The notes beneath the pieces are model-generated. The model was not told the origin of the DNA and did no database searches. It worked only from the letters and a program-made list of their open reading frames with translations. DNA of 61,269 nucleotides, filler included. It is 7 parts of 7 records of this genome, joined end to end, with 100 filler letters (N's around TTAATTAATTAA, not from the genome) between each part and the next. Parts side by side here need not be neighbours in the genome. Positions count along the whole stretch, not along the records: positions 46,612 to 53,651 come from DRR723986_16167; positions 53,752 to 61,269 come from DRR723986_16183; 5 more parts are not named here. The stretch is one strand, 5' to 3'. A program made the translations under genes and the position numbers. Of this stretch, positions 49,980 to 61,269 are shown piece by piece. Numbering within the stretch: the first letter of the stretch is position 1; each line of letters starts with the position of its first letter.

Positions 49980-50603
49980 GTGGACGGACTGCCCTGCTCG
50001 CAGGCCTGTGAAAATAACAAGGGTGTGATCCTGGGGCACCTGCAGCGCCTGCTTGCAGATGTGGACGAAGTGCTGGAAGTGGGTGCCGGCACCGGCCAGC
50101 ATGCCTGCCACTTCGCCGCCGCCATGCCGTGGTTGCGTTGGCGACCAACTGAACTGGCGCAGAACTTGCCGGTGCTGGCGCCACGCTGCGCCGGCTACCC
50201 GGGAACCAACCTGGCCAAACCCGCCGCCCTGGATGTGTGCCAGCGGCCCTGGCCCTGCCCGGTGCCGGCGGGCATGTTCTCCGCCAATACCCTGCACATC
50301 ATGCCCTGGCCGGCCGTCGAGGCGCTGTTCGACGCGCTGGCCCGCTTCGCCCCGCCCCGTTTCAGCCTGGTGGTCTATGGGCCCTTCAATTACGGCGGGC
50401 AATACACCTCCGAAAGCAATGCTCGCTTTGATTGCTGGCTGGCGGAGCGCGATCCGCACAGTGCCATAAGGGATTTTGAGCAGGTGGATGCACTGGCCGC
50501 CAGCGCCGGCCTGGCCCTGGCCGAAGACAATACGATGCCGGCCAATAACCGGCTGCTGGTCTGGCAGCGTCGGCCCGGGTCAGTCGCCGCGGCGAAACGG
50601 TAA
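49980..50603 (+). CDS. DUF938 SAM-dependent methyltransferase
   Basis: ACENNK, LEVGAGTGQH, YGPF, SNARFD, MPANN; GTG start at 49980. Confidence 0.9.
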   Translation: MDGLPCSQACENNKGVILGHLQRLLADVDEVLEVGAGTGQHACHFAAAMPWLRWRPTELAQNLPVLAPRCAGYPGTNLAKPAALDVCQRPWPCPVPAGMFSANTLHIMPWPAVEALFDALARFAPPRFSLVVYGPFNYGGQYTSESNARFDCWLAERDPHSAIRDFEQVDALAASAGLALAEDNTMPANNRLLVWQRRPGSVAAAKR

Positions 50604-51719
50604 TAACGTGGCCGCTTCGCGGCGGTAGTCTTCCACGTGGTCCGCCTCCCGGCGGGTGAACTCCTCCACTGCCCGCGCCAGTTCCGGCGCGGCGATCCAG
50701 TGGCTGGAACGGGTCTGGATTGGCTCGAAACCGCGCTGGATCTTGTGTTCGCCCTGGGCGCCGGGGTCAAAGCGGCTCAGTCCTTCACGGATGCAGTACT
50801 CGATGCCCTGGTAATAGCAGGTCTCGAAATGCAGGCAGTCGAATTCGTACTCGCAACCCCAGTAGCGTCCGTAGAGCGTATCCTCAGAGCGGAAGTACAG
50901 TGCCGCAGCAACGGGCCGCTGCTCGTGGCCGGCGATTACCATCACCACCTGCTCGCCCAGTGCGGCCGCCGTTTCGGTAAAGAACTCGCGGGTCAGATAG
51001 CCACCGTGGCCACTGCGCTTGGCGTAAGTAAGCTGGTAGAAGCGGTGAAACTGGTCCCACTGCCGGGCGGAAATGTCCGGCCCGGCCAGGGTTTCCAACT
51101 CCAGCCCCTGCTCCCCGATGCGGCTGCGCTCGCGGCGCAGGTTTTTGCGCTTGCGACTGCTGAAGGTCGCGAGAAAGTCATCGAAGCTCGAATAATCCCG
51201 GTTGAACCAGTGAAACTGGGTGGCCAGGCGCTGGGCCATACCCAGCTCGGTGAGCAAGTCCGCCAGCTCCGGCTCCGGGAACAGCACATGCCAGGAGGAG
51301 ACGTCACGCTCAGCGGCCCACTGCTTTACGCCGTTGAGCAGGCCTGCCGCAGCGTGCCTGGGACTGACCCCCGGTGCCAGCAGCAGGCGCGGCCCGGTGG
51401 CCGGGGTAAAGGGGATCGCGGTCACCAGTTTTGGGTAATAGGACAGGCCGCTGCGTTGCCAGGCATCGGCCCAGGACCAGTCGAATACATACTCGCCGTA
51501 GGAGTGAGACTTCAGGTAGGCCGGCATGAAGGCCAGGGTGTCCGCGCCCTCCCGCAGGTGCAGGTGGCAGGGCTGCCAACCGCTTTCCGCGGTGGTGCAG
51601 CCGGTGGTCTCCAGGCCCAGCAGGAAGTCGTGGCGAAGGAAAGGGTAAGCGTCCGGCCGTAGCGCGTCCCAGCGCTCGGCAGGGATGTGCCGAAGGCTGG
51701 TTACCAGCTCCAGTTCCAT
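50580..51719 (-). CDS. GNAT/FemAB-like protein (DUF482)
   Basis: HSYGEYVFD, PFTPATG, LYGRYWG, GAQGEHK. Confidence 0.92.
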   Translation of the reverse strand: MELELVTSLRHIPAERWDALRPDAYPFLRHDFLLGLETTGCTTAESGWQPCHLHLREGADTLAFMPAYLKSHSYGEYVFDWSWADAWQRSGLSYYPKLVTAIPFTPATGPRLLLAPGVSPRHAAAGLLNGVKQWAAERDVSSWHVLFPEPELADLLTELGMAQRLATQFHWFNRDYSSFDDFLATFSSRKRKNLRRERSRIGEQGLELETLAGPDISARQWDQFHRFYQLTYAKRSGHGGYLTREFFTETAAALGEQVVMVIAGHEQRPVAAALYFRSEDTLYGRYWGCEYEFDCLHFETCYYQGIEYCIREGLSRFDPGAQGEHKIQRGFEPIQTRSSHWIAAPELARAVEEFTRREADHVEDYRREAATLLPFRRGD

Positions 51720-51746
51720 CCGGGGAGCCCGCCCGTCAGGCCGCAG

Positions 51747-52646
51747 TCACACCGGATTCGCCAGGGCGAAGTCCAGGGCGATGCCGATGAACAGGGTCAG
51801 TCCGACCCAGTTGTTGTGGCGGAACGCGCGGAAGCATGCATCGCGATCCTGGTGGCGAATGAGGTACAGGTGATAGCCGAATAACGCGGCCACAACAAGC
51901 AGGCTGAGCTGATACGGCAGCCCCAGGCCAAAATGTGTACCCACCAGCCACAGGCTGCCCAGGCAGAGCACTTGCAGCAAGGCGATAATGAGTCGGTCTG
52001 CCCGGCCGAACAGGATGGCGGTGGACTTGATGCCAACCACCAGATCATCGTCACGGTCCACCATGGCGTACTTGGTGTCGTAAATCACGGTCCACAGGAA
52101 ATTGGCCAGGAACAGCAACGAGAGTCCGGCGGGCAGGCTTCCGGTCTGGGCTGCGAAGGCCATCGGGATTCCCCAGGAAAAGGCCAGCCCCAGCACCAGT
52201 TGCGGCAGGTGGGTCACCCGTTTCATGAACGGGTACGTGGCTGCCAACAGGACGCCCGCTACTGAAAGTTCCACGGTCAGGGTATTGGTCATCAATACCA
52301 GGCCGAAAGCCAGTGCAATCAGCAGCAGGAAAACCAGCCGGGCCTCGCCGACGGTGACCGCCCCGGTTACCAGCGGTCGCTGGCTGGTGCGGGCTACGCT
52401 ACCGTCCAGGTGGCGGTCCGCCAGGTCATTGATGATGCAGCCGGCGGAGCGCATCAGGAAGGTCCCGATGGTGAAGATCAGCAGCAGGTCCAGGGCGGGT
52501 ACACCGCGGGCGGCGATCCATAACGCCCACAGGGTGGGCCAGAGCAGAAGCAAGGTACCGATCGGCTTGTCAAAGCGGATCAGGCTCAGCAGGGCGCTGG
52601 TCTTGTCGGGCGTCGGCATGGTCTGGTCACTGGCGGTGGATTTCAC
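51747..52646 (-). CDS. ubiA: 4-hydroxybenzoate polyprenyltransferase
   Basis: RFDKPIG, NDLADRHLD, YDTKYAMVDRDDD. Confidence 0.96.
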   Translation of the reverse strand: MKSTASDQTMPTPDKTSALLSLIRFDKPIGTLLLLWPTLWALWIAARGVPALDLLLIFTIGTFLMRSAGCIINDLADRHLDGSVARTSQRPLVTGAVTVGEARLVFLLLIALAFGLVLMTNTLTVELSVAGVLLAATYPFMKRVTHLPQLVLGLAFSWGIPMAFAAQTGSLPAGLSLLFLANFLWTVIYDTKYAMVDRDDDLVVGIKSTAILFGRADRLIIALLQVLCLGSLWLVGTHFGLGLPYQLSLLVVAALFGYHLYLIRHQDRDACFRAFRHNNWVGLTLFIGIALDFALANPV

Positions 52647-52650
52647 AAGC

Positions 52651-53265
52651 TTACTGCCTTGGCTGGCGGATTGCAGTTACCACCCGGCCACGCTGGCTGC
52701 GGTGTACCGGCAGCAGGGCCGGCCACGGGCGGAAAGCCTGCAGGAAGACTTCGCTGACCATCAGGCGCTTGCCCAGTAGTTCGAAGCAGGAGCGTCGCCC
52801 CCAGGCGGGTATGTCCTGATGCAGCGCGCCGGGAAGGTAGTTGCTGTCACCGGCGATTTCCGCCAGCTCGAAGGGCGTGCGCCGCATACCCGGATGGCTG
52901 AACAGGATGGCTCCGAGGGACTTGTTCTGCAGCTGCCGCAGGTGGCCGAGCTCGCCCCCCAGGCTGGCAACCGGGAATACGCTGCGGGCAAAGACCACGG
53001 CTCGCCCATCCAGCCTGAGCACGACCTCCCGCACCAGTGCGCGCTGGCGCTGTGGAATCTCCAGCAGGCGCGCTTCGCTGGGACGGACGAATTCCCAGCA
53101 CTGGCGCAGGCGCTCGACGCTGAACCGGCCCTGGCCCGACTGTACCAGTCGACTGGTCAGGGAACCGTCATCCAGCAGCCAGTTGCGCCGGGTCCACGGC
53201 AATTGGGTTGCGGTGAAGCGGTCAGCGGGTTGCCATCTGGGCTCTTGGAGATCGGGGTGGTGCAA
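52651..53265 (-). CDS. ubiC: Chorismate pyruvate-lyase (start uncertain)
   Basis: WLLDDGSLTSRL, VREVVL, VFARS, WGRRS, VSEVFL; lies upstream of ubiA. Confidence 0.9.
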   Translation of the reverse strand: MHHPDLQEPRWQPADRFTATQLPWTRRNWLLDDGSLTSRLVQSGQGRFSVERLRQCWEFVRPSEARLLEIPQRQRALVREVVLRLDGRAVVFARSVFPVASLGGELGHLRQLQNKSLGAILFSHPGMRRTPFELAEIAGDSNYLPGALHQDIPAWGRRSCFELLGKRLMVSEVFLQAFRPWPALLPVHRSQRGRVVTAIRQPRQ

Positions 53266-53508
53266 GGTGTGCAGCTGGGACCGGGCGGGTGGCAGGAGGG
53301 GCGAGAATGCGCCAGATGGCGGGTCGATGCAAGTCTCGCCCGGTGGCGGGAAATGCCAACTGTGGCGACGTAATCTGGCCTTGCACATTTTTCACACAAC
53401 CCTATAGTGGTGCCTCCAAATTTTTGGCCTGTCTTTCCGAGGTCCCGCATAGCGGGTCTGGCGGCTATGGTGGGCATTGAGTGCAACGGTAATAAAGAGA
53501 GAAACGGC

Positions 53509-53651
53509 ATGAGCAAGTGGGAATGTATCGTCTGTGGCCTGATTTATGATGAGAAGGAAGGCTGGCCTGATGATGGCATTGCCCCCGGCACTCGTTGGGA
53601 AGACGTGCCCGCAGACTGGCTGTGCCCGGACTGCGGTGTGGGCAAGGAAGA
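53509..53651 (+). CDS. Rubredoxin, 3'-partial
   Basis: [10 protein letters not shown]...WLCPDCG. Confidence 0.95.
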
Positions 53652-53751
53652 NNNNNNNNNNNNNNNNNNNNNNNNNNNNNNNNNNNNNNNNNNNNTTAAT
53701 TAATTAANNNNNNNNNNNNNNNNNNNNNNNNNNNNNNNNNNNNNNNNNNNN
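53652..53751. other. Artificial contig linker
   Basis: 44 N + TTAATTAATTAA + 44 N. Confidence 0.99.
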
Positions 53752-56700
53752 AAACTGGGCTTTACCACCCAATGGTTGCTGTGTCACCAACGAGTAAGGT
53801 CCGGTTGAACGGGCGTGCATCTTATCGTCCACCAAGTGGTGCAGTTTCAGCACATGCTTGTAACCGACAGTAACCTTGCGATCGAATGCATCACCGGTGC
53901 GACCGTCGTACAAGGTCACCTGGGTTTTCGATTCATTCAAGCCAAGAGCCTGCACGCGTGGGTCCTCGTCGGGGTAAGCCAAGCGAAGCATCTCGAGAAT
54001 GTCTTCTTCGTTCGCACCGTCAAATACCGGCGTGGCGAAAGGCATACCCTTGGTCAGGTTTTTACCCATGTTGATAATTTCCTGGTCAGTCAGGGAATCG
54101 AGGTCAACCGTGGTGCCTGTGCCGTTGTACACCTTGTGCAAGTATTCACGAAGGCGGGCTACCGCATTTTGTTCGCGCAACATTTCATTGATACGATCGC
54201 CGATGCCCTTGGCAGCCCAACCCAAGTGGGTTTCCAGAATTTGGCCCACGTTCATACGCGAGGGAACACCCAAGGGGTTCAACACGATGTCCACGGGACG
54301 ACCATCGGCCATATGCGGCAGATCTTCCACAGGAACGATCTTGGAAACCACACCCTTGTTACCGTGACGACCGGCCATTTTGTCACCGGGCTGCAAGCGA
54401 CGCTTCACTGCCAGATACACCTTGACCATTTTCAGAACTCCCGGGGGCAGTTCATCACCTTGCGTCAACTTTTTGCGCTTTTCCTCAAAGGCCAGATCAA
54501 ACTGATGGCGCTTGTCCTCGATTGACTTCTTCAGTGTTTCGAGTTGACCAGCAGCTTCCTCTTCGGCCAGACGAATGTCGAACCAATGGTGATGATCAAC
54601 TTCTTTCAGGTACTCAGCGGTAATCTTGCTGCCCTTGGCCAACTTGGCGGGTCCACCATTGGCAACTTTACCAATCAAGAAACGCTCAATACGACTGAAG
54701 GCGTCAGCCTCAACAATACGCATCTGGTCATTCAAATCGAGGCGATAGCGCTTGAGTTCATCATCAATAATGGACTGCGCACGCTTGTCGCGAACGATGC
54801 CTTCGCGGGTGAACACCTGAACGTCGATCACCGTGCCTGTCATGCCAGAAGGCACGCGCAACGACGTGTCTTTCACATCAGATGCTTTCTCACCGAAAAT
54901 TGCGCGAAGCAGTTTTTCTTCAGGAGTCAACTGGGTTTCGCCTTTTGGCGTGACCTTGCCAACCATCACATCACCAGCCTGAACTTCTGCGCCGATGTAC
55001 ACGATGCCGGATTCATCCAGACGTGACAACTGCGCTTCGGAAAGATTGGAAATGTCGCGGGTAATTTCTTCGGAACCCAACTTGGTGTCGCGGGCAACCA
55101 CTGACAGTTCTTCAATGTGAATTGAAGTGTAGCGATCCTCGGCAACTACGCGCTCGGAGATCAAAATTGAGTCTTCGAAGTTGTAGCCGTTCCAGGGCAT
55201 AAACGCGACCAGCATGTTCTGGCCCAAGGCCAATTCACCGAGGTCGGTGGATGCACCGTCAGCGATTACATCACCTTTTGCAATGATGTCACCCTTGTTG
55301 ACAATCGGACGCTGGTTGATGTTGGTGTTCTGGTTAGAACGTGTGTACTTGGTCAGGTTGTAGATGTCTACGCCCACAGAACCGGGCTCCACCTCGTTGT
55401 CATTGACTCGAATCACGATGCGGTTTGCATCCACGTAATCAACAACACCGCCATGATCAGCAACGATCACGGTGCCTGAGTCAACAGCCACAGTGCGTTC
55501 AATGCCTGTGCCCGCGAAAGGCTTTTCAGGACGCAGACAAGGAACGGCCTGACGCTGCATGTTTGCACCCATCAAGGCACGGTTCGCATCGTCGTGTTCC
55601 AGGAATGGGATGAGAGATGCCGCAACAGAAACAATCTGGCCCGGCGCCACGTCCATCAGCTCAACGCCTGACGGATCCATCAATTCGAATTCACCAGCTA
55701 CACGACAGGACACCAAATCGCCGACCAGTCGCTTCTTGTCGTCGATCTCCGCGTTCGCCTGAGCGATTACGAAACGGCCTTCTTCAATCGCAGACAGGTA
55801 AACGATTTCATCCGACACCACACCGCCTTCCACTTTGCGGTAAGGCGTCTCCAGGAACCCGTACTCGTTCAAACGAGCAAACATCGCCATGGAGTTGATC
55901 AAACCGATGTTTGGACCTTCCGGTGTTTCGATCGGGCACACCCGACCGTAGTGAGTGGTGTGTACGTCACGAACCTCAAAGCCAGCGCGCTCACGAGTCA
56001 AACCACCAGGACCCAACGCGGATACGCGACGCTTGTGAGTGATTTCAGACAAGGGGTTGGTTTGATCCATGAACTGAGACAGCTGGGATGAACCAAAAAA
56101 CTCCTTGATTGCTGCGGAGATCGGCTTGGAGTTGATTAGATCGTGGGGCATCAGGTTCTCGGCTTCAGCCTGACCCAAACGCTCTTTCACTGCACGCTCC
56201 ACACGCACCAGACCGGCCCGGAACTGGTTTTCAGCCAATTCGCCTACGCATCGCACACGACGGTTACCCAGGTGATCGATATCGTCGATTTCGCCATTGC
56301 CGTTGCGCAAGTCGACCAGAATCTTGATCACGGCAAGAATATCGTCGTCTTGCAAAACCATCGCGCCTTCCACTTCTGGACGGCCAACACGACGGTTGAA
56401 TTTCATGCGACCCACACGCGACAAGTCGTAGGAATCTTCACTGTAGAACAGACGGTTGAACAACATTTCAACTGCCTCTTCCGTGGGCGGTTCGCCTGGG
56501 CGCATCATGCGATAGATGGCTACACGGGCAGCAGTTTGATCCGCTGTTTCGTCAGTACGCAGGGTTTGAGAAATGTAAGCACCATGATCCAGCTCGTTCG
56601 TGAAAATTGTCTCAACAACTTTCACGCCTGCATCACGGATTTTGCCCATGATTTCTTCGGTGATTTCATCGTTGGCGGAGGCTACAACCTCGCCAGTGCT

Positions 56701-57627
56701 TGCATCTACGATGTTCTTGGCCAATGTTCGGCCGATCAGGAAGTCTTCAGGAACCGAAATCTTCTTCAAGCCAGCAGCTTCGATGTCGCGAATGTGCTTG
56801 GCATTAATACGCTTGTCTTTCTGAACCAGAACCTTGCCCGTTTTGTCCACGATATCAAACTTGGCAACTTCACCTTTCAAACGCGAAGTGACCAGATCCA
56901 TGGATGCGCCCTCGGATTTGATTTCGAACTGATCGAACTCAAAGAAGGTGGACAAGATCTGCTCATTGTTCATGCCAATGGCTTTGAGCAATATTGTCAC
57001 CGGCATCTTGCGACGACGGTCTACGCGGAAATACAAGATGTCTTTGGGATCGAATTCGAAATCGAGCCAAGAGCCGCGATAAGGAATGATACGGGCCGAG
57101 AACAGCAACTTGCCAGAACTGTGGGTTTTACCACGGTCGTGTTCGAAAAAGACGCCAGGTGAACGATGCAACTGAGACACGATAACGCGTTCAGTGCCGT
57201 TGATCACGAATGAACCGTTTTGTGTCATGAGTGGTAATTCACCCATGTACACTTCTTGCTCCTTCACTTCTTTCACAGTGGGCTTGCTGGCTTCACGATC
57301 CAGAAGTACCAGGCGCACACGGGCACGCAAAGGTGAGCAGAAAGTCAGGCCACGCTGTTGACATTCTTTGACGTCAAAAGCGGGTTCGCCCAATGCGTAC
57401 TGTACGAATTCCAAGCGAGCGTAACCGTTGTGCGAAACAATTGGAAATACAGACTGAAATGCTGCCTGTAACCCTTGTTCTGCGCGTTTTTCAACGGGAA
57501 CACCCAATTGAAGAAAGTCAGTGTAAGAGTCAAGTTGAGTGGTGAGAAGATACGGAACATCCAAAACTGGAGGCCGTTTCGCAAAGCTTTTGCGTATGCG
57601 TTTTTTCTCGGTGGCAGAGTAAGACAT
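53752..57627 (-). CDS. rpoB: RNA polymerase beta subunit, 3'-partial
   Basis: [35 protein letters not shown]. Confidence 0.99.
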
Positions 57628-57720
57628 ATTTTCTGTCCTGATGTCGAGCGGATTAAGCGATATGCATGTGTTCTACACATGGCTTAACACACTCTAGTTT
57701 GTAATCGCTCTTTCAAGCGC

Positions 57721-57753
57721 AAAAAGCCCGGAGGCAAAAACCCCCGGGCATTT
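57721..57753 (-). terminator. Terminator/attenuator between rplL and rpoB
   Basis: GCCCGGGGG...CCTCCGGGC followed by TTTTT on the minus strand. Confidence 0.7.
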
Positions 57754-57765
57754 CAAAAACCGACA

Positions 57766-58143
57766 TTACTTAACGTCGACTTTTGCACCAGCTTCTTCAA
57801 GTTGCTTCTTGACGTCATCAGCTTCAGCTTTAGAAACGCCTTCCTTAACAGCTTTAGGTGCGCCGTCAACCAGGTCTTTCGCTTCTTTCAGGCCAAGACC
57901 TGTCAGAGCACGAACAACCTTAATTACGTTCACTTTGCTTTCGCCAGCTGCGGTCAGAATTACGTCGAATTCTGTCTTCTCTTCTGCGGCGGCAGCACCA
58001 CCAGCAGCAGGAGCAGCAGCAACTGCAACAGCAGCAGCAGCGGCAGAAACGCCAAACTTCTCTTCCATTTCTTTGATCAGTTCGGACAGTTCGAGTACGG
58101 TCATGCCAGCGATGGCGTCGAGGATTTCGGCTTTAGTTGCCAT
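57766..58143 (-). CDS. rplL: 50S ribosomal protein L7/L12
   Basis: [26 protein letters not shown]; true ATG at 58143. Confidence 0.98.
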   Translation of the reverse strand: MATKAEILDAIAGMTVLELSELIKEMEEKFGVSAAAAAVAVAAAPAAGGAAAAEEKTEFDVILTAAGESKVNVIKVVRALTGLGLKEAKDLVDGAPKAVKEGVSKAEADDVKKQLEEAGAKVDVK

Positions 58144-58189
58144 TGAGTATTCTCCAGTTAAAAGTTTGATTCGGCTATCTTGAAAAAAG

Positions 58190-58720
58190 TTAGGCAGCTT
58201 GCGATTCTTTCTGATCACGAACGGCAGCAACACCGCGAACAAACTTCGTAGGTACTTCGTTAAGCGTACGTACGAATGTCGCGATAGGTGCTTGCATCGT
58301 GCCCAGCAATTTCGACAGAAGCTCTTCACGACTAGGCATGGTGGCCAGGGCCTTCACACCGTCCGCACCCATTACCTGACCGGGCAGCGCACCGCCGGTT
58401 AGAACGAGTTTGTCGTTAGTCTTCGCAAAATTGACCAACACTTTGGCTGCTGCAACGGGATCAGCACTGATACCGTAAATCAGCGGGCCAGCCATTTTGC
58501 TGGACAAACCTTCAAAGGCTGTACCGGCAATGGCTCGCTTTGCCAAAGTGTTCTTCAGAACACGCAAATAAACACCTGCTGCACGAGCATCCTTGCGGAG
58601 CTGCGTCACACTTTCTACAGACAGACCACGATATTCAGCAACAACCACTGCCTGAGCACTGGCCAATTGACCCGTGATCTCTTCAATGACTGCTGCTTTC
58701 TCTTGGCGATTCAATGCCAC
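58190..58720 (-). CDS. rplJ: 50S ribosomal protein L10
   Basis: [22 protein letters not shown]. Confidence 0.98.
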   Translation of the reverse strand: MALNRQEKAAVIEEITGQLASAQAVVVAEYRGLSVESVTQLRKDARAAGVYLRVLKNTLAKRAIAGTAFEGLSSKMAGPLIYGISADPVAAAKVLVNFAKTNDKLVLTGGALPGQVMGADGVKALATMPSREELLSKLLGTMQAPIATFVRTLNEVPTKFVRGVAAVRDQKESQAA

Positions 58721-58759
58721 GGTCTTTCTCCAAAAAGAAGCGCTTATTGCACTGTTTAA

Positions 58760-58890
58760 AACAGGCGACCGAAATCAAGCTTTGAACATACATTCATTAC
58801 TTTTACTCGGGACCGCCATCTAGGTTGGATGGTTTTTTAAAAAATCGGACCGAAACTACTAGCCCTCAATTTCCAACGGTCTTTGACAAC
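58760..58890 (-). promoter_or_regulatory. L10 ribosomal leader RNA
   Basis: AAAGACCGTTGG...CCAACCTAGATGG paired motif in the rplA-rplJ spacer. Confidence 0.6.
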
Positions 58891-58931
58891 CTGTAATCCC
58901 CGACTAGTCAGGGATCACAGCCCAAAGTTCT

Positions 58932-59630
58932 TTATTGACCCAATACCGAAGTTTGGTCAATGCGTACACCACCACCCATGGTGCTGGATACGGCAATCTT
59001 TCTCAGGTATACACCCTTGGACGATGCTGGCTTGGATTTGTTCAACGCGTCCAGCAAAGCGGACAGATTGGACTTCAACTTTTCAACATCGAAGGAGGCG
59101 CGACCGATAGTGCAGTGGATAATACCGGCCTTGTCGGTACGGAACTGCACTTGACCGGCCTTGGCGTTTTTAACCGCTGTAGCCACGTCAGGCGTTACAG
59201 TACCAACCTTTGGGTTTGGCATCAGACCACGTGGGCCCAGAATTTGACCCAAAGTGCCCACGATACGCATGGTATCGGGAGAGGCAATCACAACATCGAA
59301 GTTCATGTTGCCAGCTTTGACTTCTGCGGCCAGATCATCCATACCTACGATGTCCGCGCCAGCAGCTTTAGCCTCTTCGGCCTTGGCGCCCTGCGCAAAT
59401 ACAGCCACACGAACCGTTTTGCCCGTGCCAGCAGGCAGAACTACCGAGCCACGAACCACTTGATCCGATTTACGTGCATCAACACCCAATTGGATGGCAG
59501 CATCAACAGATTCATCAAACTTGGCAGTCGCAGTTTCCTTGATCAGACCCAAGGCTTGATCCACTGGGTATACGGCGTTGCGATCGATTTTTGCGCGCAA
59601 TGCCTGAGTACGTTTAGACAACTTAGCCAT
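58932..59630 (-). CDS. rplA: 50S ribosomal protein L1
   Basis: [22 protein letters not shown]. Confidence 0.98.
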   Translation of the reverse strand: MAKLSKRTQALRAKIDRNAVYPVDQALGLIKETATAKFDESVDAAIQLGVDARKSDQVVRGSVVLPAGTGKTVRVAVFAQGAKAEEAKAAGADIVGMDDLAAEVKAGNMNFDVVIASPDTMRIVGTLGQILGPRGLMPNPKVGTVTPDVATAVKNAKAGQVQFRTDKAGIIHCTIGRASFDVEKLKSNLSALLDALNKSKPASSKGVYLRKIAVSSTMGGGVRIDQTSVLGQ

Positions 59631-60062
59631 TTATAGACCCTCCACCACGATGCCCATACTGCGAGCAGAGCCAGCGATGGTGCGCACGGCAGCATCCATG
59701 TCAGCAGCCGTCAGATCAGGCATTTTTGTTTTTGCGATTTCTTCAGCTTGTTCACGAGTGATCTTGCCAACCTTGTCCAAATGAGGACGTGGTGAACCCT
59801 TCGTGATTTTTGCTGCCTTCTTGATCAGCACGGTCGCAGGTGGAGTCTTCATGATGAACGTGAAAGACTTGTCCGCGAAAGCAGTGATCACCACTGGAAT
59901 TGGCAAACCAGGCTCCATGCCCTGAGTTTGGGCATTGAATGCTTTACAGAATTCCATGATGTTCAAACCACGCTGGCCCAATGCAGGGCCAATGGGTGGG
60001 GATGGGTTCGCCTTACCAGCCGGTACTTGCAGCTTGATAAAGCCAATAATTTTCTTGGCCAT
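59631..60062 (-). CDS. rplK: 50S ribosomal protein L11
   Basis: [15 protein letters not shown]. Confidence 0.98.
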   Translation of the reverse strand: MAKKIIGFIKLQVPAGKANPSPPIGPALGQRGLNIMEFCKAFNAQTQGMEPGLPIPVVITAFADKSFTFIMKTPPATVLIKKAAKITKGSPRPHLDKVGKITREQAEEIAKTKMPDLTAADMDAAVRTIAGSARSMGIVVEGL

Positions 60063-60075
60063 TGAAATTTCTCCG

Positions 60076-60108
60076 TGAGTTCAAACGCAGCCAGAGGCCG
60101 CTCCTCTC
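60076..60108 (-). promoter_or_regulatory. Probable L1-binding site in the rplK leader
   Basis: GAGGAGCG-hairpin-GCGTTTGAACTC just upstream of the rplK RBS. Confidence 0.4.
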
Positions 60109-60177
60109 ATTGCTTGAATAACCGTAAGCCCTGTCAGCAATCAAATACAGGCGGCAGGAAAACCAAATGTCCTCAGA

Positions 60178-60711
60178 TCAAACTTTTTCGACCTGATGAA
60201 AGTCCAACTCAACGGGCGTCGCTCGACCAAAAATGGTGACTGACACACGCAGCTTGCTTTTCTCGTAATTAATTTCTTCAACATTGCCATTGAAGTCTGC
60301 GAACGGACCCTCTTTGACCCGAACCATTTCACCCACTTCATACAGCACCTTCGGACGCGGCTTTTCAGCACCCTCTTGCATTTGCTGCATGATTTTGTCG
60401 ACTTCCTTCTGGGAAATCGGAGTTGGGCGATTGCCAGTGCCACCCACAAAACCGGTGACCTTGGGCGTGTTCTTGACCAAATGCCAAGAATCATCGGTCA
60501 TTTCCATCTCAACGAGCACGTAACCAGGAAAGAAACGACGCTCGGAAATCGATTTTTGACCACCCTTGATTTCAACCACTTCTTCAGAAGGAACGAGAAT
60601 TTGGCCAAACAAGTCCGAAAACTCGGAACGGTCAATGCGCTCCTGCAGTGCTCGCTGCACACTCTTCTCAAGTCCTGAGTAGGCGTGCACCACGTACCAG
60701 CGTTTTGACAT
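60178..60711 (-). CDS. nusG: Transcription factor NusG
   Basis: [18 protein letters not shown] and a KOW motif; TAATG overlap with secE. Confidence 0.98.
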   Translation of the reverse strand: MSKRWYVVHAYSGLEKSVQRALQERIDRSEFSDLFGQILVPSEEVVEIKGGQKSISERRFFPGYVLVEMEMTDDSWHLVKNTPKVTGFVGGTGNRPTPISQKEVDKIMQQMQEGAEKPRPKVLYEVGEMVRVKEGPFADFNGNVEEINYEKSKLRVSVTIFGRATPVELDFHQVEKV

Positions 60712-61094
60712 TATATTGTCCACCCTAAAATCAGATCGTAGAACACCCACTCAAGCGTTTTGTCCACCAAAAGAAGATAGATCGACATGATCAAGACAAA
60801 CACAAAGACCACACCGGTCATTTGCATACCTTCTTTTCGGGTGGGCCAAACAACGCGCTTGGCTTCGTTCACGGAATCTTTGGCGAAGCCCACAAACCGC
60901 TTGCCGGTTTGGGAGAGCAGAAAACTACCAATCGCCAGAACAACACCCAACAAGACAACGCCAAGGCGAATGAAGAAATCTTCTGCTGACAAAACCTGGT
61001 AAGCCACCGCGCCGCCGATTGCAAAGGCAACCGCCAGCACAAGCATCAGCTTGTCCTGCCCTGTAGATACTGTTTGAATGTCGTTTTGTGCCAT
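60711..61094 (-). CDS. secE: Preprotein translocase SecE
   Basis: [12 protein letters not shown] and 3 TM segments; ATG at 61094. Confidence 0.95.
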   Translation of the reverse strand: MAQNDIQTVSTGQDKLMLVLAVAFAIGGAVAYQVLSAEDFFIRLGVVLLGVVLAIGSFLLSQTGKRFVGFAKDSVNEAKRVVWPTRKEGMQMTGVVFVFVLIMSIYLLLVDKTLEWVFYDLILGWTI

Positions 61095-61151
61095 ATTCTT
61101 AAAATGTAAGCCGCCGCTGAATCGCTTCAGCGGCGACGGTCCTACCAAATT

Positions 61152-61227
61152 TGGCAGGGCAAGAGGGAATCGAACCCACAACCTTCGGTTTTGGAGACCG
61201 ACGCTCTGCCAATTGAGCTATTGCCCT
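61152..61227 (-). tRNA. tRNA-Trp(CCA)
   Basis: AGGGCAATAGCTCAATTGGCAGAGCGTCGGTCTCCAAAACCGAAGGTTGTGGGTTCGATTCCCTCTTGCCCTGCCA, 76 nt with encoded CCA end. Confidence 0.97.
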
Positions 61228-61241
61228 AAAAAACTCGAATA

Positions 61242-61269
61242 TTACTTGGTGATTTTGGCAACTACGCCA
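61242..61269 (-). CDS. tuf: Elongation factor Tu, C-terminal fragment
   Basis: GVVAKITK* in the canonical position upstream of tRNA-Trp and secE. Confidence 0.85.

Noticed and set aside
50637-51662. 341-aa plus-strand ORF
   Set aside because: Antisense shadow of the DUF482 gene in high-GC DNA.
48505-53651. Monooxygenase, rubredoxin and ubiCA as a new pathway
   Set aside because: Rubredoxin divergent from ubiC-ubiA is a familiar gammaproteobacterial arrangement, and nothing links it to the monooxygenase.
56143-57162. 339-aa plus-strand ORF and similar ORFs opposite glgC, proA, yaaA and rplA
   Set aside because: Antisense shadows of conserved, codon-biased genes.
53752-61269. Long N-terminal extensions of rplL, nusG and secE in the ORF track
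   Set aside because: Upstream-start artefacts: the secE extension overlaps tRNA-Trp and the rplL extension overlaps rplJ. The cluster is canonical.

Overview
This window is not one locus. It is seven unrelated contigs joined by six identical artificial 100-bp linkers (44 N + TTAATTAATTAA + 44 N). Taxonomy below is inferred from composition and protein style, not from a search. (1) 1-7142: AT-rich Bacteroidota with accessory hypotheticals, an ATP-grasp protein, a T9SS cargo protein and a TPR-SpoIIE phosphatase. (2) 7243-22646: planctomycete-like, with tRNA-Pro, a Tat-exported prenyltransferase/cyclase-fold protein, a redoxin-cytochrome c-copper monooxygenase fusion, a MarR/pirin/DoxX/AzoR cluster, asnB, glgC, a GGDEF protein, a SprA-related protein, a GNAT and a GH63 glucosidase. 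(3) 22747-29279: unidentified bacterium with a ~1600-aa repetitive secreted protein, an unannotated upstream paralog tail and repeat-rich spacers. (4) 29380-37224: Rhodobacteraceae core region (rpmA, obgE, proBA, chpT, olsBA, rpsB). (5) 37325-46511: FCB-group with an S8 protease, Lrp regulator and type III glnA. (6) 46612-53651: GC-rich gammaproteobacterium (TRAP dctQM, yaaA, flavin monooxygenase, ubiCA, rubredoxin). (7) 53752-61269: betaproteobacterial tuf-tRNA-Trp-secE-nusG-rplKAJL-rpoB cluster. The best leads are three. First, integron-cassette-like boundaries around the first Bacteroidota genes: a repeated promoter-bearing 19-mer ending in GTT, and a gene bracketed by GTTAGGGTTA...TAACCCTAAC. 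Second, in contig 3, two tandem genes share a highly conserved C-terminal tail ending NFGxVNPGQVPALD (candidate sorting/anchoring signal), and both are followed by the same non-coding hairpin. Third, a possibly self-sufficient PHM-like copper monooxygenase. No CRISPR array, integrase or transposase was found.
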